Source of the DNA: an uncultured Oscillospiraceae bacterium
GTDB lineage: Bacteria; Bacillota; Clostridia; UBA1381; UBA9506
Length of the DNA: 64,000 nucleotides
NCBI GenBank assembly: GCA_964447945.1
Contig: CAYUUO010000001.1
Location: forward strand, 35,687-99,686
Direction of reading: 5' to 3'
Shown here: positions 55,535 through 64,000 of the stretch, one piece after another
Layout: every line of letters begins with the position of its first letter
How positions within the stretch are numbered: position 1 is the first letter of the stretch
Made by a program: the position numbers and the translations under genes
The notes under the pieces: generated by a model
Seen by the model: the letters and a program-made list of their open reading frames with translations, nothing else
Told to the model about the DNA's origin: nothing
The model's database searches: none

Positions 55535-57289
55535 ATGACTAAGAATCAAGCGGTACTGTCCTGGCTGGATGAAATGATTCAGCTGACAACGCCGGATCAG
55601 GTGATTTGGATTGACGGCAGCGAAGAGCAAAAGCAGAAGCTGTATGATGAAGCCTGTGCAGAAGGTGAGCTGATCAAGCTGAATCAGGAAAAGCTGCCCG
55701 GCTGTTATCTGCACAGAACAGCTGAAAATGATGTGGCACGTGTGGAGGACAGAACCTTTATTTGTACAAAAAAGCAGGAGGATGCCGGCCCGACCAATAA
55801 CTGGGAGGATCCTCAGGTTATGTATAAAAAGCTGGAGGATTTGTTCCGCGGCAGCATGAAGGGCAGAACCATGTACGTCATTCCTTACATGATGGGTCCC
55901 TATGGCTCGCCCTTTTCCAAAATCGGTATTGAGCTGACGGACTCCCGTTATGTTGTTTTGAACATGATGATTATGACCCGTGTGGGCGCCCGCGTTATGG
56001 AAGAGCTGGGTGACAGTTCTGATTTTGTACGCTGCCTCCACGCGAAGAAGGATATTGATCCTGAGAACAGATATATTGTACATTTTCCCGAGGACAACAC
56101 CATCTGGACGATCAATTCCGGTTACGGTGGAAACGTTCTGCTGGGCAAAAAGTGCTTTGCACTGAGAATTGCCAGCAACATGGGACATAAGGAAGGCTGG
56201 ATGGCTGAGCATATGCTGATCTTAGGCCTTGAGAATCCGCAGGGCGAGATTAAATATATCTCCGCAGCATTCCCCAGCGCCTGTGGCAAGACCAATCTGG
56301 CCATGCTGATTCCGCCGGAAGCCTTAAAGGGCTATAAGGTGTGGACGGTGGGCGACGATATCGCCTGGCTGCGGATCGGTAAGGACGGCAGACTGTGGGC
56401 CGTTAACCCGGAGGCCGGATTCTTCGGCGTTGCACCCGGTACCTCTACCAAGACGAACCCCAATGCGTTGGCAACGACCAAGAAAAACACGATTTTCACA
56501 AATGTTTTGTTAAATACAGAGGATAACACTGTTTGGTGGGAAGGCCTGGACGGCGAGCCGCCGAAGCAGGGCATCGACTGGAGAGGCAATCCCTGGACGC
56601 CGGAAAGCGGCGTGAAGGGTGCTCATCCCAATTCCCGCTTTACCGCACCGGCTAATCAGTGCCCCTGCATTTCCAGCGAGTTTGAGGCTGCCGGCGGTGT
56701 TCCGATTTCCGCTATCGTGTTCGGCGGTCGCCGTGCGAAAACCGCGCCGCTGGTATATGAGGCCTTTGATTGGCAGCATGGCGTGTTTGTAGGCGCCACC
56801 ATGGCTTCTGAAACAACGGCTGCTGCTGCAGGCGCTGTCGGCGTTGTTCGCCGCGATCCCATGGCGATGATTCCCTTCTGCGGCTACAACATGGCTGATT
56901 ATTTTGCACACTGGCTGGAAATGGGTAAAAAGATTCCCAATCCGCCGAAAATTTTCCATGTAAACTGGTTCCGTCTGGATGAAAACGGCAAGTTTATGTG
57001 GCCGGGCTTTGGCGATAATCTCCGCGTTCTGAACTGGATTTTAGACCGCTGCGAGGGCAAGGCCAATGCTAAGGAAACCGCCATTGGCTATCTGCCTGAG
57101 GTGGAGGATATTAATATCGAGGGTCTGAAGCTGGATAAGGAAACGCTGGAGCAGCTTTTGAGCGTGGATACAGCGGTTTGGAAGGAAGAAGTTGCCAGCC
57201 AGAAGGAATTCTTCAAGAAGTTTGGTGACAGACTGCCTGCCGGCATTAAGGAAGAACTCGATAAGCTTGAGGCCAGATTAAACGGCTAA
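55535..57289 (+). CDS. pck: Phosphoenolpyruvate carboxykinase (GTP)
   Basis: The RBS aaaggag precedes the ATG. The motif [13 protein letters not shown] and overall GTP-PEPCK-like sequence ([15 protein letters not shown]) support the call. Confidence 0.9.
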   Translation: MTKNQAVLSWLDEMIQLTTPDQVIWIDGSEEQKQKLYDEACAEGELIKLNQEKLPGCYLHRTAENDVARVEDRTFICTKKQEDAGPTNNWEDPQVMYKKLEDLFRGSMKGRTMYVIPYMMGPYGSPFSKIGIELTDSRYVVLNMMIMTRVGARVMEELGDSSDFVRCLHAKKDIDPENRYIVHFPEDNTIWTINSGYGGNVLLGKKCFALRIASNMGHKEGWMAEHMLILGLENPQGEIKYISAAFPSACGKTNLAMLIPPEALKGYKVWTVGDDIAWLRIGKDGRLWAVNPEAGFFGVAPGTSTKTNPNALATTKKNTIFTNVLLNTEDNTVWWEGLDGEPPKQGIDWRGNPWTPESGVKGAHPNSRFTAPANQCPCISSEFEAAGGVPISAIVFGGRRAKTAPLVYEAFDWQHGVFVGATMASETTAAAAGAVGVVRRDPMAMIPFCGYNMADYFAHWLEMGKKIPNPPKIFHVNWFRLDENGKFMWPGFGDNLRVLNWILDRCEGKANAKETAIGYLPEVEDINIEGLKLDKETLEQLLSVDTAVWKEEVASQKEFFKKFGDRLPAGIKEELDKLEARLNG

Positions 57290-57362
57290 GTAACCATTGT
57301 TAAATAGACGATTATCGTCTGTTGAATATTTTTGGATCATTTTTATGAGGAGGAAAATCAAA

Positions 57363-57608
57363 ATGAAAAGCAAACTTTTGTTAGGCGCCATTTCTTTAAT
57401 GGTAGTTGCCGGCGCTTTGGTTGGCTGCAACGGTAGCAAGAACCCTGCTTCTTCAGCGGCCCCCAGCGCTTCTGCAAGTGCATCTGCGAAGCCCTCTGCT
57501 TCTGCTGCTGCATCTGCTGATGCTTCTGCTTCTGCTGACGCTTCCGCTTCTGCATCTGCTGATGCTTCTGCGGCTCCCAGCGCTAGCGCTTCTGCAAAGG
57601 CTCAGTAA
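57363..57608 (+). CDS. Small (81-aa) lipoprotein with an Ala/Ser/Asp low-complexity tail
   Basis: The RBS gaggagga sits 8 nt upstream of the ATG at 57363. The signal has the lipobox ALVGC. The mature part is almost entirely SA/SASA/DASA repeats. Confidence 0.6.
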   Translation: MKSKLLLGAISLMVVAGALVGCNGSKNPASSAAPSASASASAKPSASAAASADASASADASASASADASAAPSASASAKAQ

Positions 57609-57619
57609 CATTACTTCAT

Positions 57620-57661
57620 AAAAAAATAGACAAAGCACTTTGTGCTTTGTCTATTTTTTTA
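57620..57661. terminator. Bidirectional rho-independent terminator
   Basis: aaaaaaatagacaaagcac pairs with gtgctttgtctattttttt, with an A-run on the 5' side and a T-run on the 3' side. It lies between convergent genes. Confidence 0.8.
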
Positions 57662-57792
57662 TGGCTCTTTGTCAATAGTTGGGGTCAAAAAAATCCAGAA
57701 AATGAATAGCCCGTGCAGCCGCCGATTAGGCGGCTGCTTGTTTATTAAGTTGTTTTAGGGAAAATATATGTAAAATACGGTTTCTGAATCTT

Positions 57793-60609
57793 TTAAAATT
57801 TATTTGCTTCAAGAAATCTTTGAAGTATGGCCGCAATCTCTGCTCTTGTCGCGTTATCCTGCGGATTGATTGTGGTATCAGTTTTGCCTTTCATCAGTCC
57901 TGCACCTACCGCGTACTGTACAGATGCAACTGCATACTCGGAAACACTTTCCACATCGTCATAGGATAGAATATTGGTATTTTCGCCTACAGACACATCA
58001 TATCCCTTGTACCTGGCATATCTGTGTATAATGGCCGCAATCTGTTCTCTTGTAATGTTATCCTCCGAACCAAACGCTGTTTCAGAATGTCCCTTAACAA
58101 TGCCTTCGCTGGCCGCCCAGCGTACCGCCTCTGCATAGTAGCTGCTTGCTTGAACATCATGAAATGGCATGATGTAATTTACCTGGGGTTTGCCCTCGGC
58201 TCTCCAGAGAACCGTGACAAGCATGGCGCGGGTCAACAGTCCGTCAGGCTCAAAGGTTGTGTCGCTCGTTCCGCTGAACAGCTTGTTGTTCACAGCGTAG
58301 GCCACATGCTGATAGAACCAGTCGCCTTCCGCAACATCCGTAAACGGATTTTTCCATCCCTCCGTCTGCGCAGTTCCCTCAATCCATTTTGCATACAGTG
58401 TCAGATTGCCGGTGACCTTCCGGCTGAAATCATAAGGCTGCGTACATGCTGCATCCGTAAACCAGCCGGCAAAGGTATAACCCTCTCTCGTGGGATCCTG
58501 CGGTTTTGAAAGCAACGCGTTTCCGTTCACGCTCACGTTATCTGCCGCGCTGCCGCCGCGGGTATCAAAGGAAACGGTATAAGATGTGTTGCTGCCGCCT
58601 CTGCTGCTGCCTGAGCTGCCGGAGACCGTCACGCTGATTTCCTGCGCTTTAAGCATGCTGTCCGGAATCATCTCCCGCATATCGCCCACCTGGGTTGAGC
58701 CATCCGACAGAACGGCAATCCATTCCGTTTTCGGAACAACGCAGGCTGTAATGACTGCCTTGCCGTTTCCGACAGCCGTAACGGTGCCGTCTGCGTTGAC
58801 GGCCGCGACCGACTCATCCGAGCTGGTGTAAACAACCCGATTGCGGTCGGAACCTACTTGTTCTGTCATCTCTGCCGTCAGCTGCGCGGTTTCACCCTTT
58901 TTCAGCCGCAGTGCGGTTTGCTCCACGCTGAAGGTTTCCACCGCCGCAACGTCCGCCATGGCTTCCGCATTATATGCAACACTGCCGCCGGCTTCGGTGC
59001 TGTAAAAAACTCGGTCATCTTCCAAAATCTCAATTTGTAACCGGAACGCGCCCTGACCTTCTGCAATGGTCTGATACTGTTCCGGAATTTCCAGCGGGAT
59101 GCTCTGCCGGGTGTTGGCCAGAGGTAAAATTTCCCCTGTCTCTGTGCGCGTCAGCTCCGTTTTGTTTCCGTCTGCGTCCAGCGCATAAATCACAACAGTG
59201 GGAGTGGCCGGGATGTTGCCGCTGTTGCTTAAGACAAAGTTAACAGCCGCGCGGTTTTTAGCCTGATTGACCACCTCCAGCTGTCCCAGATTCAGCTCCG
59301 TCTGCTTAACAACCGGTCTGGTTTCGCTGCAAATCTCATTGCCTGTTTCCGCATCTGTGACAGAAATGCGCAGATCCATATTGTCCGCCACTTCCTCCGG
59401 AAGCCAGGTGCAGCCGGCAGAAAGGGTGGTCCCCACATTCCACACGGTCTCCACCTCACAGGAAGCAATCTCCGTCGCCGTGCCGTCCGTCACGCTTTCA
59501 AAGGTAATGCGATATTTTCCGGGCAGTGCCTGCCAGGTATTGCCCGTCCCGGATTCAACCATCTGGGTTTTTTCCGCCATCAGCCCCACATTGACGATGT
59601 CGGCCGTCAGGTTAACCGGTTCGCCTTCATAAATATATTTGGTATCGTAAAGCTTCTCGCCGAAAACAAAGCCCGCATAAGGTGCGCGAAGAAGGAATAC
59701 CAGCTGCGGCGTTTCGTCAGCGGCTGTGCGTTTGGCAACGAATACGATGCCGTCGCCTGTGATGCTTTGCGCCGTAAAGGCGTTGTAGCTGCCGTAGATC
59801 GGCGAAGTCAGCAACACGGGATAACTCCACGTTCTGCCCATGGCGCTGATGTTTTCCTCCGCGCCTTGCGTCCATGCCGGCTTTCCGTTGTAAACGGAGG
59901 CATAAATTTGAATACCGCTTGTGCCGTCATCATTGACGGTGTTTTCATTCCACAGCACATAGATCCGTTCGCCACGGTCTGCAAATACCGTATAGTTCTG
60001 CACCATTCCCTCCAGCAGCACCGCGTCCTCCGGCGTGTAGGGAATCTCAACCGCTTCGCCGTTCTCCACGCCCGAAATCACCATCCGATAATAGCCATTT
60101 TCACCGTCAAATGAGGCGGTATAGATTGTTTTTTCAAATACCTCCGACAAATTAATGTAGGAAACGCCGCCCAGGTTTTTCTTCTCACCGTAAGCCACAC
60201 CCTTTGCCTTATCCGTCTTGAACATCAGCAGCAATTCCGCGCCGCTGTAGCAGAACTGCAAATCATCATAGGCGTCCTCTTCAGGCGTGACGCATACCGG
60301 GGCGTCATAGGCATCAAAGAGCAGGAATACCCGGCGGTCGCCGGTCGTCTCCAGACTGCCGTCCCGATCTGCAATAAAGGCAAAATAGGTCCAGCTGTCG
60401 CCGCAGATATCCGCTTCCAAATCGGTCACGAGCGGCCACGCTCCACTCATGCGCGTATCCGCAAAATGCTGTCCGTACCACTGCGCCGCAAACTGTTCGA
60501 CACTGCCGCCGATTCCGGCGATGTTGTCCTTTTCTTCCTGCGTCATTTCCTCGCTCCAGCTGCCGCCGATATAGTCACGATAGGCAATGACGGAATTGGC
60601 CGCAATCAA
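57793..60609 (-). CDS. C-terminal portion of a giant surface protein: Big_2-like domain, Listeria-Bacteroides-type repeat and three C-terminal SLH repeats
   Basis: The SLH repeats are FTDVAEGDWFYQHVAYAVNNKLFSG, FHDVQASSYYAEAVRWAASEGIVKG and YDDVESVSEYAVASVQYAVGAGLMKG. The repeat YTVSFDTRGGSA...EGYTFAGWFTD and the Big_2-like KKGETAQLTA...VTAVGNGKAVITA are also present. The same frame stays open upstream to 60768 and has no RBS, so this is probably not an independent gene. Confidence 0.7.
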   Translation of the reverse strand: MIAANSVIAYRDYIGGSWSEEMTQEEKDNIAGIGGSVEQFAAQWYGQHFADTRMSGAWPLVTDLEADICGDSWTYFAFIADRDGSLETTGDRRVFLLFDAYDAPVCVTPEEDAYDDLQFCYSGAELLLMFKTDKAKGVAYGEKKNLGGVSYINLSEVFEKTIYTASFDGENGYYRMVISGVENGEAVEIPYTPEDAVLLEGMVQNYTVFADRGERIYVLWNENTVNDDGTSGIQIYASVYNGKPAWTQGAEENISAMGRTWSYPVLLTSPIYGSYNAFTAQSITGDGIVFVAKRTAADETPQLVFLLRAPYAGFVFGEKLYDTKYIYEGEPVNLTADIVNVGLMAEKTQMVESGTGNTWQALPGKYRITFESVTDGTATEIASCEVETVWNVGTTLSAGCTWLPEEVADNMDLRISVTDAETGNEICSETRPVVKQTELNLGQLEVVNQAKNRAAVNFVLSNSGNIPATPTVVIYALDADGNKTELTRTETGEILPLANTRQSIPLEIPEQYQTIAEGQGAFRLQIEILEDDRVFYSTEAGGSVAYNAEAMADVAAVETFSVEQTALRLKKGETAQLTAEMTEQVGSDRNRVVYTSSDESVAAVNADGTVTAVGNGKAVITACVVPKTEWIAVLSDGSTQVGDMREMIPDSMLKAQEISVTVSGSSGSSRGGSNTSYTVSFDTRGGSAADNVSVNGNALLSKPQDPTREGYTFAGWFTDAACTQPYDFSRKVTGNLTLYAKWIEGTAQTEGWKNPFTDVAEGDWFYQHVAYAVNNKLFSGTSDTTFEPDGLLTRAMLVTVLWRAEGKPQVNYIMPFHDVQASSYYAEAVRWAASEGIVKGHSETAFGSEDNITREQIAAIIHRYARYKGYDVSVGENTNILSYDDVESVSEYAVASVQYAVGAGLMKGKTDTTINPQDNATRAEIAAILQRFLEANKF

Positions 60610-60734
60610 TTCATTAACACAACTCGGATTCTGCCTGTACTGCGTTTTTGTGTAGTAAATTCTTGCGTTGCCGTTTCCGAGAGAGGTGATGGCAATGTCG
60701 CCCTCCGCGCCCCAGTCATCCTCAGTGGTTCGCG

Positions 60735-63700
60735 TTACGTTGTAAATTTCGCTGAAGGTTTTGCCGCCTTATCAAAGAATACCGCATGAATATTCAGCGC
60801 ATTCAGCGACTGACGAACGGTTTCTAAAGAATCCTCCGCTCCGTCAAAGGTCTGATCGGCCGTCAGCCAGGCAATGAGCAGACGGTCGCCCATGTCATAG
60901 ATAACCGGTTCGCTGTCCGCAGTACCGTCATCCTCCAGGGCGGCAGGCTCTTGCCAGGTTCCGTCCTCGTTGGTGTAGGTATAATACGCGCAGCTTCTGT
61001 CGTTTGCGCCCCGGCTGCCGCCTGCGTCATCAATATAGACCACAAACATCGTATCTTCGTCAAGCATCGCTGAATCCATCTGCCCACCCGGCATTACACC
61101 GTTTTGCAGCAGTCTATCCAGCGGATGATCTTCATCCAGCGGCTCGTCTGCCCCAAACAGGCTGAACAGCTGAACATCATTTTTTGAATTGTTCTCATTC
61201 CATTCTCCGCGCTCTGCAAGATAGCTGCGGTCAGCCGCTTTCACCGCTGTGTTGCCATCGGACAACGCATTTTGCAGTGCCCGATTCATGGGGGCCGACA
61301 TCAGCGAAATGCCGCCGCTGATGGGTTCATCCTGCCCGAACAGATGCACCTTGTCGTTTACCAAACTCTTGTCGTACACCGAAAAATTCAGAATCAGAAT
61401 ATTAATTCCCGCATCATATGTCATGCTGCCATAGGTTGCCGTTCCATGATTGTCAAACCGAAAGTCCATGTCAATGTCAAAGGAAGCGTTCACATCCACC
61501 TCGGCAATGGCAACCTTCACGCCTGCAGCAATGGCAACCTTTGGATTTAAGAAAACATAGCCCGCACGGTGCATATTGTCGCCGAAATCCTTAAAGAGTC
61601 CAAAGCTGTCCGCTGAGTACTCAATGGCTCTCTCTGTCCAAAACTTATCGCTGCCGTAATCGGTTTTCATATAGTATGCAGCTTCCACAGAGCCGGAAAG
61701 TGACGGCTTAATCATAATGGAAATACCAATCGGGAAGGAGATCTCCGTTCTGGGGGCCGCTGCAAAGGTCAGTCCGACACCCAGTGACATCTCTTCAAAG
61801 TAGTGCTTGTAGTTCACGCTGCCATCCGCTGCCGTTACGGGGCGTACCGTGGTAATCAAGTCAAAGCGAATGGATGGAGAAAGCTCAAAATTATATTGTG
61901 AGGCAACGGTTGCCTTTTTGCTGTTGCTCAGTCCCGCTCCCTTTGGTTTCTGCTGATCTTTTGCCTGCTCTCTGCTGCCGGCGGTTTCCTCCTCAAGTTC
62001 AAATTTACTGGGTTCGCCGCTTTGCATCTTTCTGAGCAGTTCGCCATGCTGCGCATTAAACTGCGATGAATCAATGTCGGCTCCGGAATCGTCGGAGGAG
62101 CCGCCGGCAGAACCGCCCGCAGCAGCATCTCCCTGGTCGGGATTTTTTGCGCCGTCCGCGGTCGTACTCCAGTTTCCAAAACCATCCGATGCCCACCGAT
62201 AGCTATAGAGTGTAGCATCATACTGATACACCGGATTGCCGTTGTCATAAAGCTGTGCGTCCGGCTCAAGGACACCGGTAGTTGTGGTAAAGCCGCTGAT
62301 TTGTCCCATGTCAAAGTCGAACAGCGGAGCACCGAGCAAATCCACGACGGTTTCAGTCGTATCCGCTACAGAGGAAGAGCCGATGGCTCCTAGAATAAAG
62401 GTACCCAGATCCAGCTGCTCTAAAAATCGGTAACCCAGATTCATGGCACGGTGCACCGCACCGTTCTGATCCATAAATTGTACATAAATCTGATCGCCCG
62501 ATACCATATCCGCTTTGGGATTCATTTTTAAAGTCGCATAACCAAAAGTTCCGTCATTGGTATAGGTGATTTTATAGCTGCTGTCCGGCTCTTTCGATTT
62601 TTCATCGCAGTCCAGCACCTTTTTTCCGCTGCTGTCGGCAATATAGAACAGCGCATCCTTGATGTACGTTCCGTTTTCCTCGTGCTTTACCTTAACCGTA
62701 ACGGTCAGTTCCTTATCCGCCACCTTAAGTCCGCGCGCCGTAACAGGGGATTCATCTTTGTAAACCGCCGTTGCGCCGTAATGCTTAAAGGTGTCGCAAC
62801 ACGGAATGGAAATGTTGTTTTCCACATTGGACTGGATGTGCGTGATGAAACTGCCGTTTTCCGTACGAACTGCCGCGCTGACACGCACCGCATCCGGAAC
62901 ACCGTCCATTGCAATTTCATACCGTCCGTTTTCATCGGTTACAGCTGTGTTTTCACCAATCTGCACCACTGCACCCGCGCACGGTACCAAATCCTTGTAC
63001 CGCGCTTCACTGCCATCATAGTCTAAAATTGTGCGTTTATCCTGCTTGACATAGCCCACGTGCGTCTGACCGTTTAACAGTCGGGATGGGTCAAATTTTG
63101 TAAACCGATAATAGTATTTCGGATTGACCTGATTCACCTGATAGACAAACTGGTTGCCGTAAACAGGGATATACAGGCTGTCTACCTTCGACTGGCTCAT
63201 ACTGCCGGCATGCTCGTTGTCAATCACGCCGTCCTCGTTAAAATCCATGGTGCCGTTTACCCATTCGGTGATATATCCATTCGGAGCAAGGGAATTCAGG
63301 GTGAAAACAGCATTGCTGTTGACGGAATCAAAATAAATTTGTCCGGTTTCATCCGCCGCAATCTGCCCGGCGCCGTCCTCTCCCTCACTGAAGGCGCGGT
63401 TTAAGAAAATGCGTCCGCCATACGTGACCTCACGTTCCACAGCCGCGCCCGTTTCCGGGTCGGTCACTGTTTCATATATGGTTTCGTTTTTCGTGCTGGG
63501 ATGCGGCTTGATGGTCAGGCCCTGAAATTCCGTCAGCGGTACAATGTACACATTTGTAAACTCAGGCGGTACAAAGGGCACAAAGAACAGACTGCCTTCG
63601 CCGCCCAGCAAGGACGAATCCTCCGGGTGACGGTACACGCTGATAAGAGTCCGAGGCGATGCCATGCCGAGATGCTGGTTGTGGCCGTAAACAGCATAAC

Positions 63701-63998
63701 CCGTAATCACCTTGTTGGCACCGGCATAGCCCTTTCCCTCTATTACCGAACCGGTTTTGGTGTAAAAATAATCTCCTTTCTGCGAGTGAATTATCGTTTC
63801 TCCGTCGTCGGCGGATTCCAGCTTTACTCTCGTATATACCGTGCGGAAGTCCGGATAAAAGTAATAGGTTTTCGCGGCGTCTGTTACCTTTTTAATAAGG
63901 TCGGCACCGCTGATTTTAAACTCGTCCCGCGTTAAATATGCGGTATAAGAACGCTTGATGCCGCTTTTTATGGAGAAAAGCTCGCTGTCGCTCAATTC
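60735..63998 (-). CDS. N-terminal/central portion of the same giant surface protein (5' end outside the window)
   Basis: The frame is open to the window edge. It contains a CarboxypepD_reg-like stretch (CAGAVVQIGENTAVTDENGRYEI), a Ca-binding-like DFNEDGVID and a Gly/Ser/Asp-rich linker. It ends at the stop at 60735-60737, 33 nt into the region where the downstream frame is already open. Confidence 0.7.
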   Translation of the reverse strand, partial: ELSDSELFSIKSGIKRSYTAYLTRDEFKISGADLIKKVTDAAKTYYFYPDFRTVYTRVKLESADDGETIIHSQKGDYFYTKTGSVIEGKGYAGANKVITGYAVYGHNQHLGMASPRTLISVYRHPEDSSLLGGEGSLFFVPFVPPEFTNVYIVPLTEFQGLTIKPHPSTKNETIYETVTDPETGAAVEREVTYGGRIFLNRAFSEGEDGAGQIAADETGQIYFDSVNSNAVFTLNSLAPNGYITEWVNGTMDFNEDGVIDNEHAGSMSQSKVDSLYIPVYGNQFVYQVNQVNPKYYYRFTKFDPSRLLNGQTHVGYVKQDKRTILDYDGSEARYKDLVPCAGAVVQIGENTAVTDENGRYEIAMDGVPDAVRVSAAVRTENGSFITHIQSNVENNISIPCCDTFKHYGATAVYKDESPVTARGLKVADKELTVTVKVKHEENGTYIKDALFYIADSSGKKVLDCDEKSKEPDSSYKITYTNDGTFGYATLKMNPKADMVSGDQIYVQFMDQNGAVHRAMNLGYRFLEQLDLGTFILGAIGSSSVADTTETVVDLLGAPLFDFDMGQISGFTTTTGVLEPDAQLYDNGNPVYQYDATLYSYRWASDGFGNWSTTADGAKNPDQGDAAAGGSAGGSSDDSGADIDSSQFNAQHGELLRKMQSGEPSKFELEEETAGSREQAKDQQKPKGAGLSNSKKATVASQYNFELSPSIRFDLITTVRPVTAADGSVNYKHYFEEMSLGVGLTFAAAPRTEISFPIGISIMIKPSLSGSVEAAYYMKTDYGSDKFWTERAIEYSADSFGLFKDFGDNMHRAGYVFLNPKVAIAAGVKVAIAEVDVNASFDIDMDFRFDNHGTATYGSMTYDAGINILILNFSVYDKSLVNDKVHLFGQDEPISGGISLMSAPMNRALQNALSDGNTAVKAADRSYLAERGEWNENNSKNDVQLFSLFGADEPLDEDHPLDRLLQNGVMPGGQMDSAMLDEDTMFVVYIDDAGGSRGANDRSCAYYTYTNEDGTWQEPAALEDDGTADSEPVIYDMGDRLLIAWLTADQTFDGAEDSLETVRQSLNALNIHAVFFDKAAKPSAKFTT

Positions 63999-64000
63999 GC

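Noticed and set aside
57297-57362. The upstream extension of the lipoprotein ORF (starting at 57297, giving 103 aa).
   Set aside because: The extension has no RBS and would bury the signal peptide internally. The ATG at 57363 has a strong gaggagga RBS and yields a canonical lipoprotein signal.

Overview
This looks like a moderately GC-rich chromosomal segment from a Bacillota (Clostridia-like) organism; that taxonomic call is an inference from gene content and Shine-Dalgarno usage. Coding density is very high.

The window has three parts.

(1) Positions 1-12.5 kb hold a cluster of very large secreted or surface proteins. It contains a 5'-truncated SLH-type protein, a 1450-aa heparinase II/III-like polysaccharide lyase, and two ConA/LamG-like multidomain proteins. 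It is followed by a transmembrane AraC-type regulator that is split by a frameshift in a poly-A run. A CapA-family protein and an M14 peptidase come next.

(2) Positions 17.8-44 kb hold a roughly 26-kb Gram-positive polysaccharide-utilisation-type locus. It contains a GH105 hydrolase, an intact transmembrane AraC-type regulator, and an LplABC-type ABC importer with no ATPase gene. Five giant secreted or SLH-anchored proteins follow, including two tandem ~1100-aa paralogs with no family I can name. The locus ends with a GH88 hydrolase and a 701-aa cytoplasmic unknown. It is bracketed by an inverted pair of ~280-bp GC-rich, hairpin-dense noncoding elements.

(3) Positions 44-64 kb are mostly core genes: an SGNH esterase, a five-gene HydABC-type [FeFe] hydrogenase operon with a perfect Rex-type palindrome in its leader, truB, ribF, an LCP-family gene, rsmA and GTP-PEPCK. 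This part also carries a small Ala/Ser-repeat lipoprotein and a surface protein of over 2000 aa, SLH-anchored and split by a second poly-A frameshift.

I found no rRNA, tRNA, CRISPR array, transposase or integrase. All domain calls are from motifs read by eye in the supplied translations, and no database search was run.
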